Shown: positions 37,246-47,144, counted from the stretch's first letter. The stretch: 47,262 nucleotides of DNA from an uncultured Gammaproteobacteria bacterium (GCA_964463055.1 CAYXAX010000002.1:1-47262), one strand, 5' to 3'. Numbers and translations: made by a program. Notes: a model not told the origin generated them from the sequence alone.

Positions 37246-37511
37246 GAATGGATCTCCGTAACCTGGGGGAACGGGTGTCTTGTCAGTGTTGAAGGTGGTA
37301 ACTACACATTCATTTAACGGCAGAAGGCGGGTTTTTCTTATAGGAGTCGACGCGAGTTGCGCCGCGATAAATCGCGCCGGGATATGTCATAAAATTCGTG
37401 TTAAACAAATAGATATGAATCAATAGGCATGGCGGGCGGGGCGCAGGCGTGACGCGCAATGGAAAACGACACGCTACGGGCGGACAGCCGGGTTGTCGCC
37501 CCAGCCGGAGA

Positions 37512-38975
37512 TCAGCGGGCGCGGTTGGTCAGTACCATCTTGCCGATGTCGGAGATGACATCCCAGGCGGGACCCGGAAACCGGTGCATCTGGGTGAGGA
37601 CATCTTCGAAGGCGGCGAGGATCCAGTTAACGTCCTCATCGCTGAGGACAAACGGGGGCAGCAGCTTGATGACGTCGACATTATGACCGGCCACCTGGGT
37701 GATGAGGTGATGCTTATTCATGAGCGGGATGATGGCCGCCTGGGGGAACAGGCTTTTGTCCATACGGTGCATGAGCGCCCATGCGCTCTTGAGGGTCAGC
37801 GACGAGGGCGGGCCGAACTCGATGCCGGTCATCAAGCCGCGCCAGCGCACTTCCTTGAGGAATTCGAATCTCGGCACCATGGCACTCAGGCCCTCGCCGA
37901 TACGGTTGCCCAGGGTCTCCGCCCGTTGCACCAGCTGGTGCCGGTCGATGACGTCCAGGGCCGCGAGGCCGGCGGCCATGGCGAAGCTGCCCATGCTGAA
38001 GGTGGAGCTGTGCACCACGGAGCGCTGCATGCTGGAGAAGACCTTGTCGTGAATGCGTTTGCGGGTCAGGACCGCGCCCACCGGGACAAAGCCGGCGGAG
38101 AGGGTCTTGGCGAGCACCACGATGTCGGGGTCCACGTCGCCGTCGTGCTCAATGCCGAGAAAGCGCCCGGTACGTCCCATGCCGGTCTGCACCTCGTCGG
38201 CAATGAACAACGCACCGTGCTGGCGGCACAAGCGGGCGGCCTCGCGCAGGTAGCCGGGGGCGGGGAGGTTGACGCCCTTGCCCTGTACGGGTTCGACGAC
38301 GAACGCCGCCACGTCGCCGCGGCGCAGTTCCTGCTCCAGGGCCTCGAGGTCGTTGTAGGGGATTCTGCGGCAATCCGTGAGGAACGGTGCAAACCCTTCG
38401 CGAAAGCTCTCATCGCCGTTGAGCGACAGTGCGCCGTAGGAAAGGCCGTGAAAGGCCTTGCTGCAATAGAGGATGGCCGGCTTGCCCGTGGCGCAGCGCG
38501 CGTACTTGATGGCCGTCTCGATGCCTTCCGCGCCGGAGTTGGTGAAGAACACCATATCCAGCTCGTTGGGCATGCGCTTTTTGAGTTCCTGGGCGAGCAG
38601 GCCCGCCAGCAACGGCGCCTCGAGTTTGACCAGGCTGGGGTACTCGGCACCCAGGAAGTCCGTGAGTATCTGGCGGACCTCGGGGTGGTTGCGTCCCAGT
38701 CCGTGTACGCCGTAGCCGGACAACAGGTCCAGGTATTTGACGCCCTCGACGTCCCACAGGTACGGTCCCTCGGCCCGCACATAGCAGCGGTCGAACCCGA
38801 TGGTCTTCAGGGTGCGAACATTCGCCGGATTGATGTGCTGGGTGTGGAGGTCGTAGTTGCGGCCCGCGTGCTCTGTCAGTAATGCGCGGATGTCCAGGAC
38901 GGGTTTCTTTTCGATGTCACCATTCACAAGTTTGCCAGTGCCGTTGAAGGCTGCATGTATGTTTGAGTACGGCAC
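37512..38975 (-). CDS. class III PLP-dependent aminotransferase (ornithine/putrescine/acetylornithine type)
   Basis: 487 aa. Motifs are FFTNSGAEGIETAIK, ADEVQTGMGRTG and the PLP-lysine region IVVLAKTLSAG. It has an unusually long C-terminal region. The start is not verified. Confidence 0.8.
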   Translation of the reverse strand: MPYSNIHAAFNGTGKLVNGDIEKKPVLDIRALLTEHAGRNYDLHTQHINPANVRTLKTIGFDRCYVRAEGPYLWDVEGVKYLDLLSGYGVHGLGRNHPEVRQILTDFLGAEYPSLVKLEAPLLAGLLAQELKKRMPNELDMVFFTNSGAEGIETAIKYARCATGKPAILYCSKAFHGLSYGALSLNGDESFREGFAPFLTDCRRIPYNDLEALEQELRRGDVAAFVVEPVQGKGVNLPAPGYLREAARLCRQHGALFIADEVQTGMGRTGRFLGIEHDGDVDPDIVVLAKTLSAGFVPVGAVLTRKRIHDKVFSSMQRSVVHSSTFSMGSFAMAAGLAALDVIDRHQLVQRAETLGNRIGEGLSAMVPRFEFLKEVRWRGLMTGIEFGPPSSLTLKSAWALMHRMDKSLFPQAAIIPLMNKHHLITQVAGHNVDVIKLLPPFVLSDEDVNWILAAFEDVLTQMHRFPGPAWDVISDIGKMVLTNRAR

Positions 38976-39490
38976 ACTTTACATGGTTGGAAAATGCCGA
39001 TCAAGCGGATCACTTTGCTGCGCTGAAGCTGCTTCCTGAACGGGTTTTGGCCGATTCCACCGGTGCCTGGACAGCCGTCGCGCGGTCCGTCGGGTGACTT
39101 GACCACGCCCGCCCGTTCCTGGAGCTGAAGTGGGGGGAGTGCGCACGTCGGGGCGAAGTCCGTTGCGGATGATCGGGCCATTTGCAAGATGTCCGTGGTT
39201 CCCACACCCCGGGCCTTTGATCATGGCCGCTGGTCATTTTTCACGTGGTATGCCCGTTTGTCAGTAGCCACGATACATATACGAAATATCTAACATTTTT
39301 TACTGATTGAATTTAAAGGAAAATTAATAAAATTGCCGGGGCTGCGCGAGCATAATATTCTGATGAGGGTGAATCGCAGCGGTCCCGGTCGAAGGCCGCG
39401 CGAGACACGACAAATAATAATTGTGCTGGGGATTCGATTATCAATACGTCACGACGCGCAACGCTGGCCGCCGTTTGCACCGCGGCCTGT

Positions 39491-41236
39491 TTGTCTCTGC
39501 TATTAGACGGCTGCCAGGGCTATGGCAGCTCGGCGCCGGGCGAGACAACGGTCAGTGTCGTCTATGGATTGAAGGAAGTGGTGCTGTCATGGAAGTCGGT
39601 AAACGGCGCCGACTACTACCGGGTGTTGAGAAACCCGGATGGCATCTCGGGTTACAGCCAGGTGGGTGGCAGGATCACCGACACCAGCTACGCCGTCACG
39701 GTACCGGTGCATCTGACCGATTGGCTCGACGAGAGCTACATGGTGGAGGCGTGCAACGGCGGCGGTTGCAGCGGGTCGGAGGCGGTCGCGTCACTGGATC
39801 CGGTCAAGGCGACGGGTTACATAAAGGCCTCCAACACCGGGCGCGGCAGCCACTTCGGTCAGGCGCTCAGCCTGTCAGCCGACGGCCTGACCATGGCGGT
39901 GGGTGCGCCCGACGAATCCAGCGCGGCCACGGGCATCGGCGGTAACCAGTTCGATGACAGTGCGGCGAACAGCGGCGCGGTGTATATCTTTGCCTATACC
40001 GGAAACCTGTGGAGGCAGCAGGCCTACATCAAGGCCTCCAACACACGGGCGGGCAATGCATTCGGGGCGGCGCTGAGCCTGTCGGCCGACGGGGACACCC
40101 TGGTGGTGGGCGCGCCCCTGGAGTCCAGCAACGCCACCGGTATCAACGGCGACCAGACAGACAACAGTGCATCCATGAGCGGCGCCGTGTACATTTTCAC
40201 CCGCAGCGGCGTTACCTGGAGTCAGCTGGCCTACATCAAGGCTTCCAACGCCCAGGGCGGTGACCTTTTTGGTGGTGCGCTAAGCCTTTCGAGCGATGCC
40301 AACACCCTGGCGGTTGGCGCCTACGGCGAGTCCAGCAACGCCGTCGGCATCGATGGAAACCAGGCCGACAACAGCGCGGCGGTCAGTGGGGCAGCATATA
40401 TCTTTACACGAAGCGGTGCCGCCTGGCACCAGCAGGCCTATGTGAAGCCCTCCAATACCGATGCACTTGATGAATTCGGCGCTGCGCTAAGGCTCTCGGG
40501 CGACGGCAATACCCTGGCGGTGGGTGCAACAGGGGAGTCCAGCGCGGCTACCGGCATCGACGCAATCCAGGGCGACAACAGTGCGTCTGACAGCGGCGCG
40601 GTGTATGTCTTCACGCGTGATGCCGGGGCTTGGACTCAACAGGCCTACATCAAGGCCTCCAATGCCCAGGCCGGTGATGCGTTCGGTGACTCACTGGGAC
40701 TGTCCGACGATGGTGATGCCCTGGCGGTGTCCGCGCCGTTGGAGTCCGGCGACGCCGCCGGCATCAGCGGTGATCAGTCCGACAACAGCGCACCGCAGAG
40801 CGGCGCGCTATATATCTTCAGCCGCAGTGCCGCCGCCTGGCGCCAGCAGGCCTACGTCAAGGCGTCCAATTCCGATGCGCAGGACCAGTTCGGCTGGTCG
40901 CTCAGCCTGGCAGGGGACGGCAAGACGCTTGCGGTGGGCGCGGTCAATGAGGCCAGTGCGGCGATGGGTATCGGGGGTGATCAGTCGGATAACAGCGCGG
41001 ATCGCAGCGGGGCGGTGTACGTCTTTACCAACGATGGCGGCGGCTGGCGGCAGCAGTCCTACGTAAAGGCCGCCAACACACAGGAACGGGACCTGTTCGG
41101 TTACGCCGTGGCGCTTTCCGACCATGGCGCCACCCTGGGCGTGGGCGCGCGGGATGAGTCCGGCGGGGCTACGGGGATCGACGGCAACCAGGCCTACGAC
41201 AGTGCCGCGGCCAGCGGCGCGGTGTATCTGTACTGA
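39491..41236 (+). CDS. FG-GAP/integrin-like seven-bladed beta-propeller protein with N-terminal Fn3/Ig-like module (probable lipoprotein)
   Basis: 581 aa from TTG 39491. Seven tandem 69-aa repeats follow the pattern YIKASN..FG.ALSLS.DG.TLAVGA..ESS.ATGI.G.Q.DNSA..SGAVYIF.R....W.QQA. The true start may lie upstream (see findings). Confidence 0.8.
   Translation: MSLLLDGCQGYGSSAPGETTVSVVYGLKEVVLSWKSVNGADYYRVLRNPDGISGYSQVGGRITDTSYAVTVPVHLTDWLDESYMVEACNGGGCSGSEAVASLDPVKATGYIKASNTGRGSHFGQALSLSADGLTMAVGAPDESSAATGIGGNQFDDSAANSGAVYIFAYTGNLWRQQAYIKASNTRAGNAFGAALSLSADGDTLVVGAPLESSNATGINGDQTDNSASMSGAVYIFTRSGVTWSQLAYIKASNAQGGDLFGGALSLSSDANTLAVGAYGESSNAVGIDGNQADNSAAVSGAAYIFTRSGAAWHQQAYVKPSNTDALDEFGAALRLSGDGNTLAVGATGESSAATGIDAIQGDNSASDSGAVYVFTRDAGAWTQQAYIKASNAQAGDAFGDSLGLSDDGDALAVSAPLESGDAAGISGDQSDNSAPQSGALYIFSRSAAAWRQQAYVKASNSDAQDQFGWSLSLAGDGKTLAVGAVNEASAAMGIGGDQSDNSADRSGAVYVFTNDGGGWRQQSYVKAANTQERDLFGYAVALSDHGATLGVGARDESGGATGIDGNQAYDSAAASGAVYLY
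39818..41233 (+). repeat. seven tandem 207-nt coding repeats (last one truncated to 174 nt)
   Basis: Repeat units start at 39818, 40025, 40232, 40439, 40646, 40853 and 41060, each opening with TAC-AT/GT-AAG (YIK/YVK). Confidence 0.85.
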
Positions 41237-41262
41237 GCCCGTCCGCCGTTATTTCATGACGC

Positions 41263-41294
41263 AAAAAAAAGCCCCGCCGTTGGGCGGGGCTTTT
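41263..41294. terminator. bidirectional intrinsic terminator between convergent propeller and csp genes
   Basis: The sequence is AAAAAAAA-GCCCCGCC-GTTG-GGCGGGGC-TTTT. Confidence 0.85.
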
Positions 41295-41322
41295 CACCAG
41301 TTCAGAATCTGTGCTGGTTTAC

Positions 41323-41526
41323 TTACTGCGGTATCACGTTAGTGGCGTTCAGACCCTTGGGACCCTGCTCGGTGTTGTAAGTCACCGTCTGCCCCTCGGA
41401 CAGGGATTTGAACCCGTTGCCCTGAATGGACTTATGATGGACGAATACGTCCGGGCTGCCATCAGAGGGGGAAATGAAACCAAAACCCTTGCTGTCGTTA
41501 AACCACTTTACTGTACCTGTAGCCAT
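41323..41526 (-). CDS. CspA-family cold-shock protein
   Basis: 67 aa: [34 protein letters not shown], with RNP1 KGFGFI and RNP2 VFVHH. Confidence 0.95.
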   Translation of the reverse strand: MATGTVKWFNDSKGFGFISPSDGSPDVFVHHKSIQGNGFKSLSEGQTVTYNTEQGPKGLNATNVIPQ

Positions 41527-41865
41527 GCTGGTAACCTCAATCTATGTAAATGAACAATGTACTGGCAGTCAGATTTCTGCTGAGAAATAACACCGGGGAT
41601 CTGCTGTAGACACTGCACACTGCGAGGAACTACCGGATTTGCTACTGGAGATCTGCTGCTTGAACGACACCATATACCATCCGCAGTCAATAATCTATAA
41701 ATATATTTCTTTTTTCTTGCGGGCGATGACGCTTGTAATCCCCCGGCCACGCCCCATCGCGGCGGCGGCCAGCCGCCGGCGGGTGACGGCGCCGGGCTCA
41801 GATTGGCGGGTTTAAAGGAGCGAGAACATGTAAAATCGGCGTCTGAATAAGGATATAACGATAGC

Positions 41866-43689
41866 GTGGTAAAACCCGACACTGACAACAAGGCCCTGCA
41901 GGTCCTGAACACGACCTTCGGCCACCCGGCGTTTCGCGGCGCCCAGGAGGAAATCGTCTCCCACATGGTCGCGGGTGGGGACGCGCTGGTGCTCATGCCC
42001 ACCGGCGGCGGCAAGTCGCTGTGCTATCAGCTGCCGGCCCTGTTGCGTGAGGGCACCGCGGTGGTGGTATCGCCGCTGATCGCCCTGATGCAGGATCAGG
42101 TGGCGGCGCTGCGGCAGCTGGGGGTGCGCGCGGCGTTTATCAATTCCACCCTGGACGCGGCCGCGGTATGGGATACCGAGCGCGCCCTGCGCGAGGGCGG
42201 TCTGGACCTGGTGTATGTGGCGCCCGAGCGTTTGGTCATGCCGCGCATGCTGAGCGCGCTTGGGGATACCCGCATCGCGTTGTTCGCCATAGACGAGGCC
42301 CACTGCGTGTCCCAATGGGGGCATGACTTCCGTCCCGAGTATCTTCAGCTGTCGCTGCTGCACGAACGATTTCCAGAGGTACCGCGCATCGCGCTCACCG
42401 CCACCGCGGATCCGCTTACCCGCCGCGAGATCATTCAGCGACTGGCGCTGGATCAGGCGCGGGAGTTCGTATCCAGCTTCGATCGTCCCAATATTCGCTA
42501 CATCATCGTCGACAAGAAGGATGCGCGCTCGCAGCTGCTGCGCTTCATTCAGGCAACCCATCAAGGCGAGGCAGGCATCGTCTATTGCCTGTCGCGCAAC
42601 AAGGTGGAGCAGACCGCGGCATGGCTGGCGGAGCAGGGTGTCAACGCGCTGCCCTACCATGCCGGCATGGACGCGGCGGTGCGCGCCCATCACCAGGAGC
42701 GGTTCCAGCGCGAGGACGGCATCGTAATCGTTGCCACTATCGCCTTCGGCATGGGTATCGACAAGCCGGATGTGCGCTTCGTCGCCCACCTGGACCTGCC
42801 CAAGAGCATCGAGGGCTATTACCAGGAGACCGGCCGATGCGGCCGCGACGGCGCGCCCGCCGATGCGTGGATGGCCTACGGCCTGGGTGATGTGGTGCAG
42901 CAACGGCGCATGATCGACCAGTCCGAGGCCAGCGAGGCATTTCGCCGCGTCTCCCTGGCCAAACTGGAGGCCCTGCTGGGGCTGTGCGAGAGCGCCGGCT
43001 GCCGCCGGGTGCGTCTGCTGGATTACTTCGGCGAGGCGAGCGAGCCGTGCGGCAACTGCGATACCTGCCTGGAACCGCCGCAGACCTGGGATGCCACCGA
43101 GGCGGCGCAGAAGGCGCTGTCGTGTATTTTCCGCACCGGCCAGCGCTTCGGTGCGGTGCATCTCATCGACGTGCTGCGCGGTCATGCCACCGAGCGTGTG
43201 TCGCAGTGGAATCACGACAGACTGAGCGTGTTCGGGGTGGGCACCGATCTGGACGATACCACATGGCGCGGGGTGTTTCGTCAGCTGGTGGCCTTGGGTT
43301 ATGCCAGCCCCGACCATGAGGCCTACGGCGCCCTGCGCCTGAGCGAGGCCAGCCGCCCGGTCTTGAGGGGCGAAAAGAGGATCGAGATGCGCCGCATCAT
43401 GCCGCGCAAGGACAAGGCGACGGCGCGGCGCAGGGTGCCGGATGCGGACACGATATCCGCCGCGGACGCCTCCCTCCTGGAAGCGCTCAAGGCATGGCGC
43501 AGCGGGCAGGCCCGCGAACAGGCCGTACCCGCCTACGTGATCTTTCACGACCGTACCCTGACGGCCATCGCCGCCGAGCGCCCACGGGACCTGGCCGCAT
43601 TGTCCGAGATCGATGGCATCGGTGCCAGGAAGCTCGAGCGATACGGACCGGCGCTGCTGGAGTTGCTGCAAAGCCGGGAAGAAGCTTAG
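41866..43689 (+). CDS. recQ: ATP-dependent DNA helicase RecQ
   Basis: 607 aa with a GTG start. Motifs are [27 protein letters not shown], the DEAH box ([16 protein letters not shown]), the Zn-finger CGNCDTC and a C-terminal HRDC ([17 protein letters not shown]). Confidence 0.95.
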   Translation: MVKPDTDNKALQVLNTTFGHPAFRGAQEEIVSHMVAGGDALVLMPTGGGKSLCYQLPALLREGTAVVVSPLIALMQDQVAALRQLGVRAAFINSTLDAAAVWDTERALREGGLDLVYVAPERLVMPRMLSALGDTRIALFAIDEAHCVSQWGHDFRPEYLQLSLLHERFPEVPRIALTATADPLTRREIIQRLALDQAREFVSSFDRPNIRYIIVDKKDARSQLLRFIQATHQGEAGIVYCLSRNKVEQTAAWLAEQGVNALPYHAGMDAAVRAHHQERFQREDGIVIVATIAFGMGIDKPDVRFVAHLDLPKSIEGYYQETGRCGRDGAPADAWMAYGLGDVVQQRRMIDQSEASEAFRRVSLAKLEALLGLCESAGCRRVRLLDYFGEASEPCGNCDTCLEPPQTWDATEAAQKALSCIFRTGQRFGAVHLIDVLRGHATERVSQWNHDRLSVFGVGTDLDDTTWRGVFRQLVALGYASPDHEAYGALRLSEASRPVLRGEKRIEMRRIMPRKDKATARRRVPDADTISAADASLLEALKAWRSGQAREQAVPAYVIFHDRTLTAIAAERPRDLAALSEIDGIGARKLERYGPALLELLQSREEA

Positions 43690-43707
43690 CGCGCCCCGGG
43701 GTTTTGC

Positions 43708-44301
43708 TTGCAGTTCAGTTCACACGCGCTGCCGGTTAATAACGACCGGGTTATCAAGACCGCTCTTATGCGCGGCGGCACAGCGCTGTCTTTTGCCGAC
43801 GTGGTAACGCTGTGGCGTACAGATCCATCCTTCTGCGGGTTTTTTAATCAAGTGCTGGCTGATGCGCCGTTTGCGGCGTATTTCTGGGAGACACCGCCGC
43901 TTACCCGGGATACCGTCAATCGACAATTCGAGTTTGTGACGGTGGACAGTCCACAGCTTGCGGGCGTGCAGGCCGATGCCGTGACCTTCGCGAAATACTT
44001 TGCCGCGGCGGCGCCGGCGTCCGTGGCGGTGTTTCCGAACATCAGCCGTGATGCCTTACTGGTGGCGCCGTGCCCAGTCGCTCCCCTGGCCGCCTATCCT
44101 CATTTGGCGGCATTCGCTCGCAGCGCGCCGGAGCAGCAGCGCCGGGAATTCTGGCGCCAGGTGGGCGAAGCGGTAGGGCGACGACTGTCCGATCGCGCAC
44201 TGTGGGTGAGCACGTCCGGCATGGGCGTGTATTGGCTGCACGTGCGCCTCGACTCACGGCCCAAATACTATAACTGGCGGCCATACACGGTACTTGAATA
44301 G
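43708..44301 (+). CDS. conserved hypothetical protein
   Basis: 197 aa with a TTG start (alternative ATG 43768) and coding-like GC3. I recognise no family. The C-terminal motif is WVSTSGMGVYWLHVRLDSRPKYY. Confidence 0.55.
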   Translation: MQFSSHALPVNNDRVIKTALMRGGTALSFADVVTLWRTDPSFCGFFNQVLADAPFAAYFWETPPLTRDTVNRQFEFVTVDSPQLAGVQADAVTFAKYFAAAAPASVAVFPNISRDALLVAPCPVAPLAAYPHLAAFARSAPEQQRREFWRQVGEAVGRRLSDRALWVSTSGMGVYWLHVRLDSRPKYYNWRPYTVLE

Positions 44302-44550
44302 CTGGAGGGCTGCTTTGCCCGCCCGCGTCCTTCATTGCGCCCAGCGTTGTTTACCCTCCCGATATTTACTTATCCTGGCGGCGACCCCCTGCGTCAGAAT
44401 AGTTGTCCCGGTTTGACCTGGGTCAATACCGCAAGCGCGGTTCTTCGTATGATGGGGGCCATGGTCATGTGGTCAGTTCCGGGATGCGGGCTGGCGATAC
44501 AGTATGGTTTGTGGCGGATGACCGTCCCATGTCGAGTGAAGGAGACCACT

Positions 44551-44889
44551 ATGGGGTATAAAACCGGGATGATACTGTTGATAACCGGCGCGGGTTTGTT
44601 GATGTGGCAGCCGGCGATGGCCGCAGACACGGATCAGACACAGTCCCAGACACAGCAGCAGGTATTCGGCAGTCAACTCATGACACCTCAGGAGCGCACC
44701 GAGTACCGCGCCAAACTGCGCGCCGCCAAGACTATGGAAGAGCGCGAAAGGATCCGCGCCGAGCATCACACGCAAATGATGAAACGGGCCAAGGCGCGGG
44801 GCGTCACGCTGCCCGATGAGCCGCCCGCCGGCGGCGGCATGGGACCAGGTGGCGGCATGGGCGGCGGCATGGGTCGCGGTCGTCAGTGA
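44551..44889 (+). CDS. small secreted protein with Gly/Met-rich tail
   Basis: Track ORF 44335..44889 trimmed to ATG 44551 (GAAGGAG upstream). The signal peptide is MGYKTGMILLITGAGLLMWQPAMA, followed by a helical Arg/Glu-rich core. The tail is GGGMGPGGGMGGGMGRGRQ. Confidence 0.6.
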   Translation: MGYKTGMILLITGAGLLMWQPAMAADTDQTQSQTQQQVFGSQLMTPQERTEYRAKLRAAKTMEERERIRAEHHTQMMKRAKARGVTLPDEPPAGGGMGPGGGMGGGMGRGRQ

Positions 44890-44982
44890 CCGGCGCGCCG
44901 GCGGGTTAGCCGCGCCGGCCGTTGTCTGCGTGCGTGGCTGCGGTTCGCCGCCGCGGTCCGAGCCGTGTGTTAAGATGGCTGC

Positions 44983-45306
44983 GTGATTGAATCCACGGGC
45001 CTTATCGGCATATTCCTGCTGCTTGCCGGCGGTTGGTACTGGTTTGATGCCATACGCGCCAAGGAACTCGCCACCGCCGCCGGGCGCAGGCGCTGCAGTG
45101 ATGTCGGGGTGACCTTTCTTGATGATACGGTGGCGCTGGCCCATCTGCGTCTGTGCCGCGCCTCTTCCGGGCACTTGTCCATCTGCCGTCAATACCGCTT
45201 CGAGTTCGCCAGCGACGGCGGCGTACGCTACGCCGGCGAGATTGCCATGCACGGGGCGCGCATCACGCGTCTGGAAATGGAGCCGTACCGGGAGACAGAG
45301 GACTGA
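44983..45306 (+). CDS. DUF3301-family membrane protein
   Basis: 107 aa with a GTG start and an N-terminal TM helix (LIGIFLLLAGGWYWF). The pattern after it is AIRAKELA...YRFEF...G. Confidence 0.65.
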   Translation: MIESTGLIGIFLLLAGGWYWFDAIRAKELATAAGRRRCSDVGVTFLDDTVALAHLRLCRASSGHLSICRQYRFEFASDGGVRYAGEIAMHGARITRLEMEPYRETED

Positions 45307-45321
45307 AAATGATGTTGCCGC

Positions 45322-45810
45322 TCAAGCGCCGCAGCACTTTTTGTATTTCTTTCCGCTGCCGCAGGGGCAGGGATCGTTGCGGCCGATCTTGGGTCCGGTA
45401 TTGCGCACTGTTCCCGGGGTGATAACCTTGCCGTCGACGTAATACCACACGTCCTTCAGGCGGCTGAAAAAGCCCAGCTCGTGATAGTTATGAATGGCGC
45501 CGTTTTGACGGTAGGTGGCGATGAATTCCACCGTGCCTTCGTCGTCATTCTCGCCGCCGTCCTTGGTATCCACGATTTCCAGCTTTACCCATTCGGAGCT
45601 ATCCGCCCAGCGCTTGGTGGCCAGCGGGTCGTACTCCTCGTGATGGTCCGGATGCAGGGTCCGGCCGATGTAGTCGGTCTCGCCTTTCGCGAATGCGCTG
45701 TAGCGTGAGCGCATCAGTGCCTCGGCCGTGGTGGCGGACTGTGTCCCGTCGATCAGGGGGGCGCAGCAGGTTTCGTATTCCTTGCCGGAGAGACAGGGGC
45801 ACTGGGTCAT
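45322..45810 (-). CDS. ychJ: YchJ-family protein (UPF0225, SEC-C motifs)
   Basis: 162 aa with an N-terminal [13 protein letters not shown] and the C-terminal SEC-C motif [17 protein letters not shown]. Confidence 0.85.
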   Translation of the reverse strand: MTQCPCLSGKEYETCCAPLIDGTQSATTAEALMRSRYSAFAKGETDYIGRTLHPDHHEEYDPLATKRWADSSEWVKLEIVDTKDGGENDDEGTVEFIATYRQNGAIHNYHELGFFSRLKDVWYYVDGKVITPGTVRNTGPKIGRNDPCPCGSGKKYKKCCGA

Positions 45811-46106
45811 GGTTTGGCTTCTTTAATTATGCTGTTGGTGATTCAGCGGGCCATGATACGGGAAATTTCCTGCAGGCGGAATACGCGTGGAATGTCCGGC
45901 AGCGGCGTAACGGGTATCATTGTCGCGCGCCATGTATTCTTTTTCCCGGCTTTCTTATTATTATAAAGTGTTTCGCTCATGAAAAGCATGGAGATACCCG
46001 CCACGCGGTGATAGCCGCGGGCGCGGTGGACACGGCATGGAGACTCGTATACTGTCTGTGAAGTGCCGCTTGGCGAAGTCATCAGGCACTGGCAACGGGG
46101 GATGTA

Positions 46107-46589
46107 ATGCCGACATTCGATATAGTTTCTGAAGTGGATATGCATGAGGTGAACAACGCGGTGGATCAGGCCAACCGGGAGGTGACCACGCGTTTTGATT
46201 TCAAGGGCAGCAATGCGAAATTCGAGCGCGACGAGGCGCAGATCACTCTGCACGCCCAGGTGGATTTTCAGCTCCAGCAAATGCTGGACATCCTAAACGA
46301 GAAACTGGCGCGGCGCGGCGTGGATATCGCCTGTCTTGAAGTCAAGGAGCCGGAGATCGCCCTCAATCACGCGCGCCAGTCGGTGATCCTGCGCCAGGGA
46401 TTGGACGCCCCCTTGGCCAAGGATATCATCAAGCGTATCAAGGACGCCAAGCTGAAGGTGCAGGCTACTATACAGGGCGATAAGGTGCGTGTGGCGGGCA
46501 AGAAGCGCGATGACCTGCAGGAGGTGATCGCCATGCTGCGCAAGGATAAGCTGGCCCTGCCGCTGCAGTTTAACAACTTTCGCGACTGA
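46107..46589 (+). CDS. yajQ: YajQ-family nucleotide (c-di-GMP) binding protein
   Basis: 160 aa. MPTFDIVSEVDMHEVNNAVDQANREVTTRFDFKGS is the canonical YajQ N-terminus. Confidence 0.9.
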   Translation: MPTFDIVSEVDMHEVNNAVDQANREVTTRFDFKGSNAKFERDEAQITLHAQVDFQLQQMLDILNEKLARRGVDIACLEVKEPEIALNHARQSVILRQGLDAPLAKDIIKRIKDAKLKVQATIQGDKVRVAGKKRDDLQEVIAMLRKDKLALPLQFNNFRD

Positions 46590-46652
46590 GCCGCCGCGGG
46601 GCGCGCATGATATCGCCGCGCGGCGAAAATCGGCATCGATCGGATCATTACC

Positions 46653-47144
46653 ATGGCGAAATACCGATTTGTCACCGTATGGCGGATCCAGGCGCCGCTG
46701 CCGCAGGTGTGTGATGCTGTTTCCCAATCCCTGAAGTGGCCGGACTGGTGGCGGGGAGTGGAGAAGGTCGAGGTATTCGACCCCGGTGACAAGGACGGCA
46801 TCGGCAGCCTGCGGCGTTTCACCTGGAAGGGCAGGTTGCCCTACCGGCTCACATTCGATATCCGTGTCACCCGCGCCGTCCCGCGCAGCTTTCTGGAAGG
46901 CCATGCCAGCGGCGAGTTGGAGGGCGTCGGCCGCTGGCATTTCTCCAGTGATGGTGTAGTGACCGCGGTGCGCTATGAGTGGACCGTGCGCACCACCCGG
47001 CGCTGGATGAACATCCTGGCCCCGCTCGCCCGTCCGCTGTTCAAGTGGAATCATGATCAAATCATGCGGCAGGGCGCCGAGGGCATGGCGCGTCTGCTCA
47101 ACGCCAGGCTGATTACCCTCAACAGCTTCGGCGCCCGCGACTGA
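46653..47144 (+). CDS. SRPBCC (polyketide cyclase/dehydrase-like) family protein
   Basis: 163 aa. The size and pattern (WRIQAPLPQVCDAV...WPDWW...) resemble the START/Bet v1-like lipid-binding fold. The call is from memory. Confidence 0.55.
   Translation: MAKYRFVTVWRIQAPLPQVCDAVSQSLKWPDWWRGVEKVEVFDPGDKDGIGSLRRFTWKGRLPYRLTFDIRVTRAVPRSFLEGHASGELEGVGRWHFSSDGVVTAVRYEWTVRTTRRWMNILAPLARPLFKWNHDQIMRQGAEGMARLLNARLITLNSFGARD

Noticed and set aside
39360-39404. Hammerhead-ribozyme-like core: CTGATGAG ... CGAAGG.
   Set aside because: The segment between CUGAUGA and the GAA does not fold into a stem II (3 bp at best). The second core element is GAAG rather than GAAA. The flanks (GCGCGAG on both sides) are direct repeats, not complementary ones.
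41812-43671. A 619-aa ORF lies antisense to recQ. Similar long antisense ORFs occur at 37449..38882, 5450..6400, 254..1183, 13136..14074, 28027..28851, 35317..36186 and 46293..47150. Together they could be read as overprinted genes.
   Set aside because: Where I checked (recQ, the aminotransferase, LOG, the DUF2892 gene, YajQ/SRPBCC), the antisense ORF is codon-aligned with the sense gene, with identical coordinates modulo 3. In that register, antisense stops require the sense codons TTA, CTA or TCA, which GC3-rich genes avoid. Long open antisense frames are therefore expected. The translations are Arg/Gly/Ala/His/Pro-rich and carry no recognisable motifs or SD sequences.
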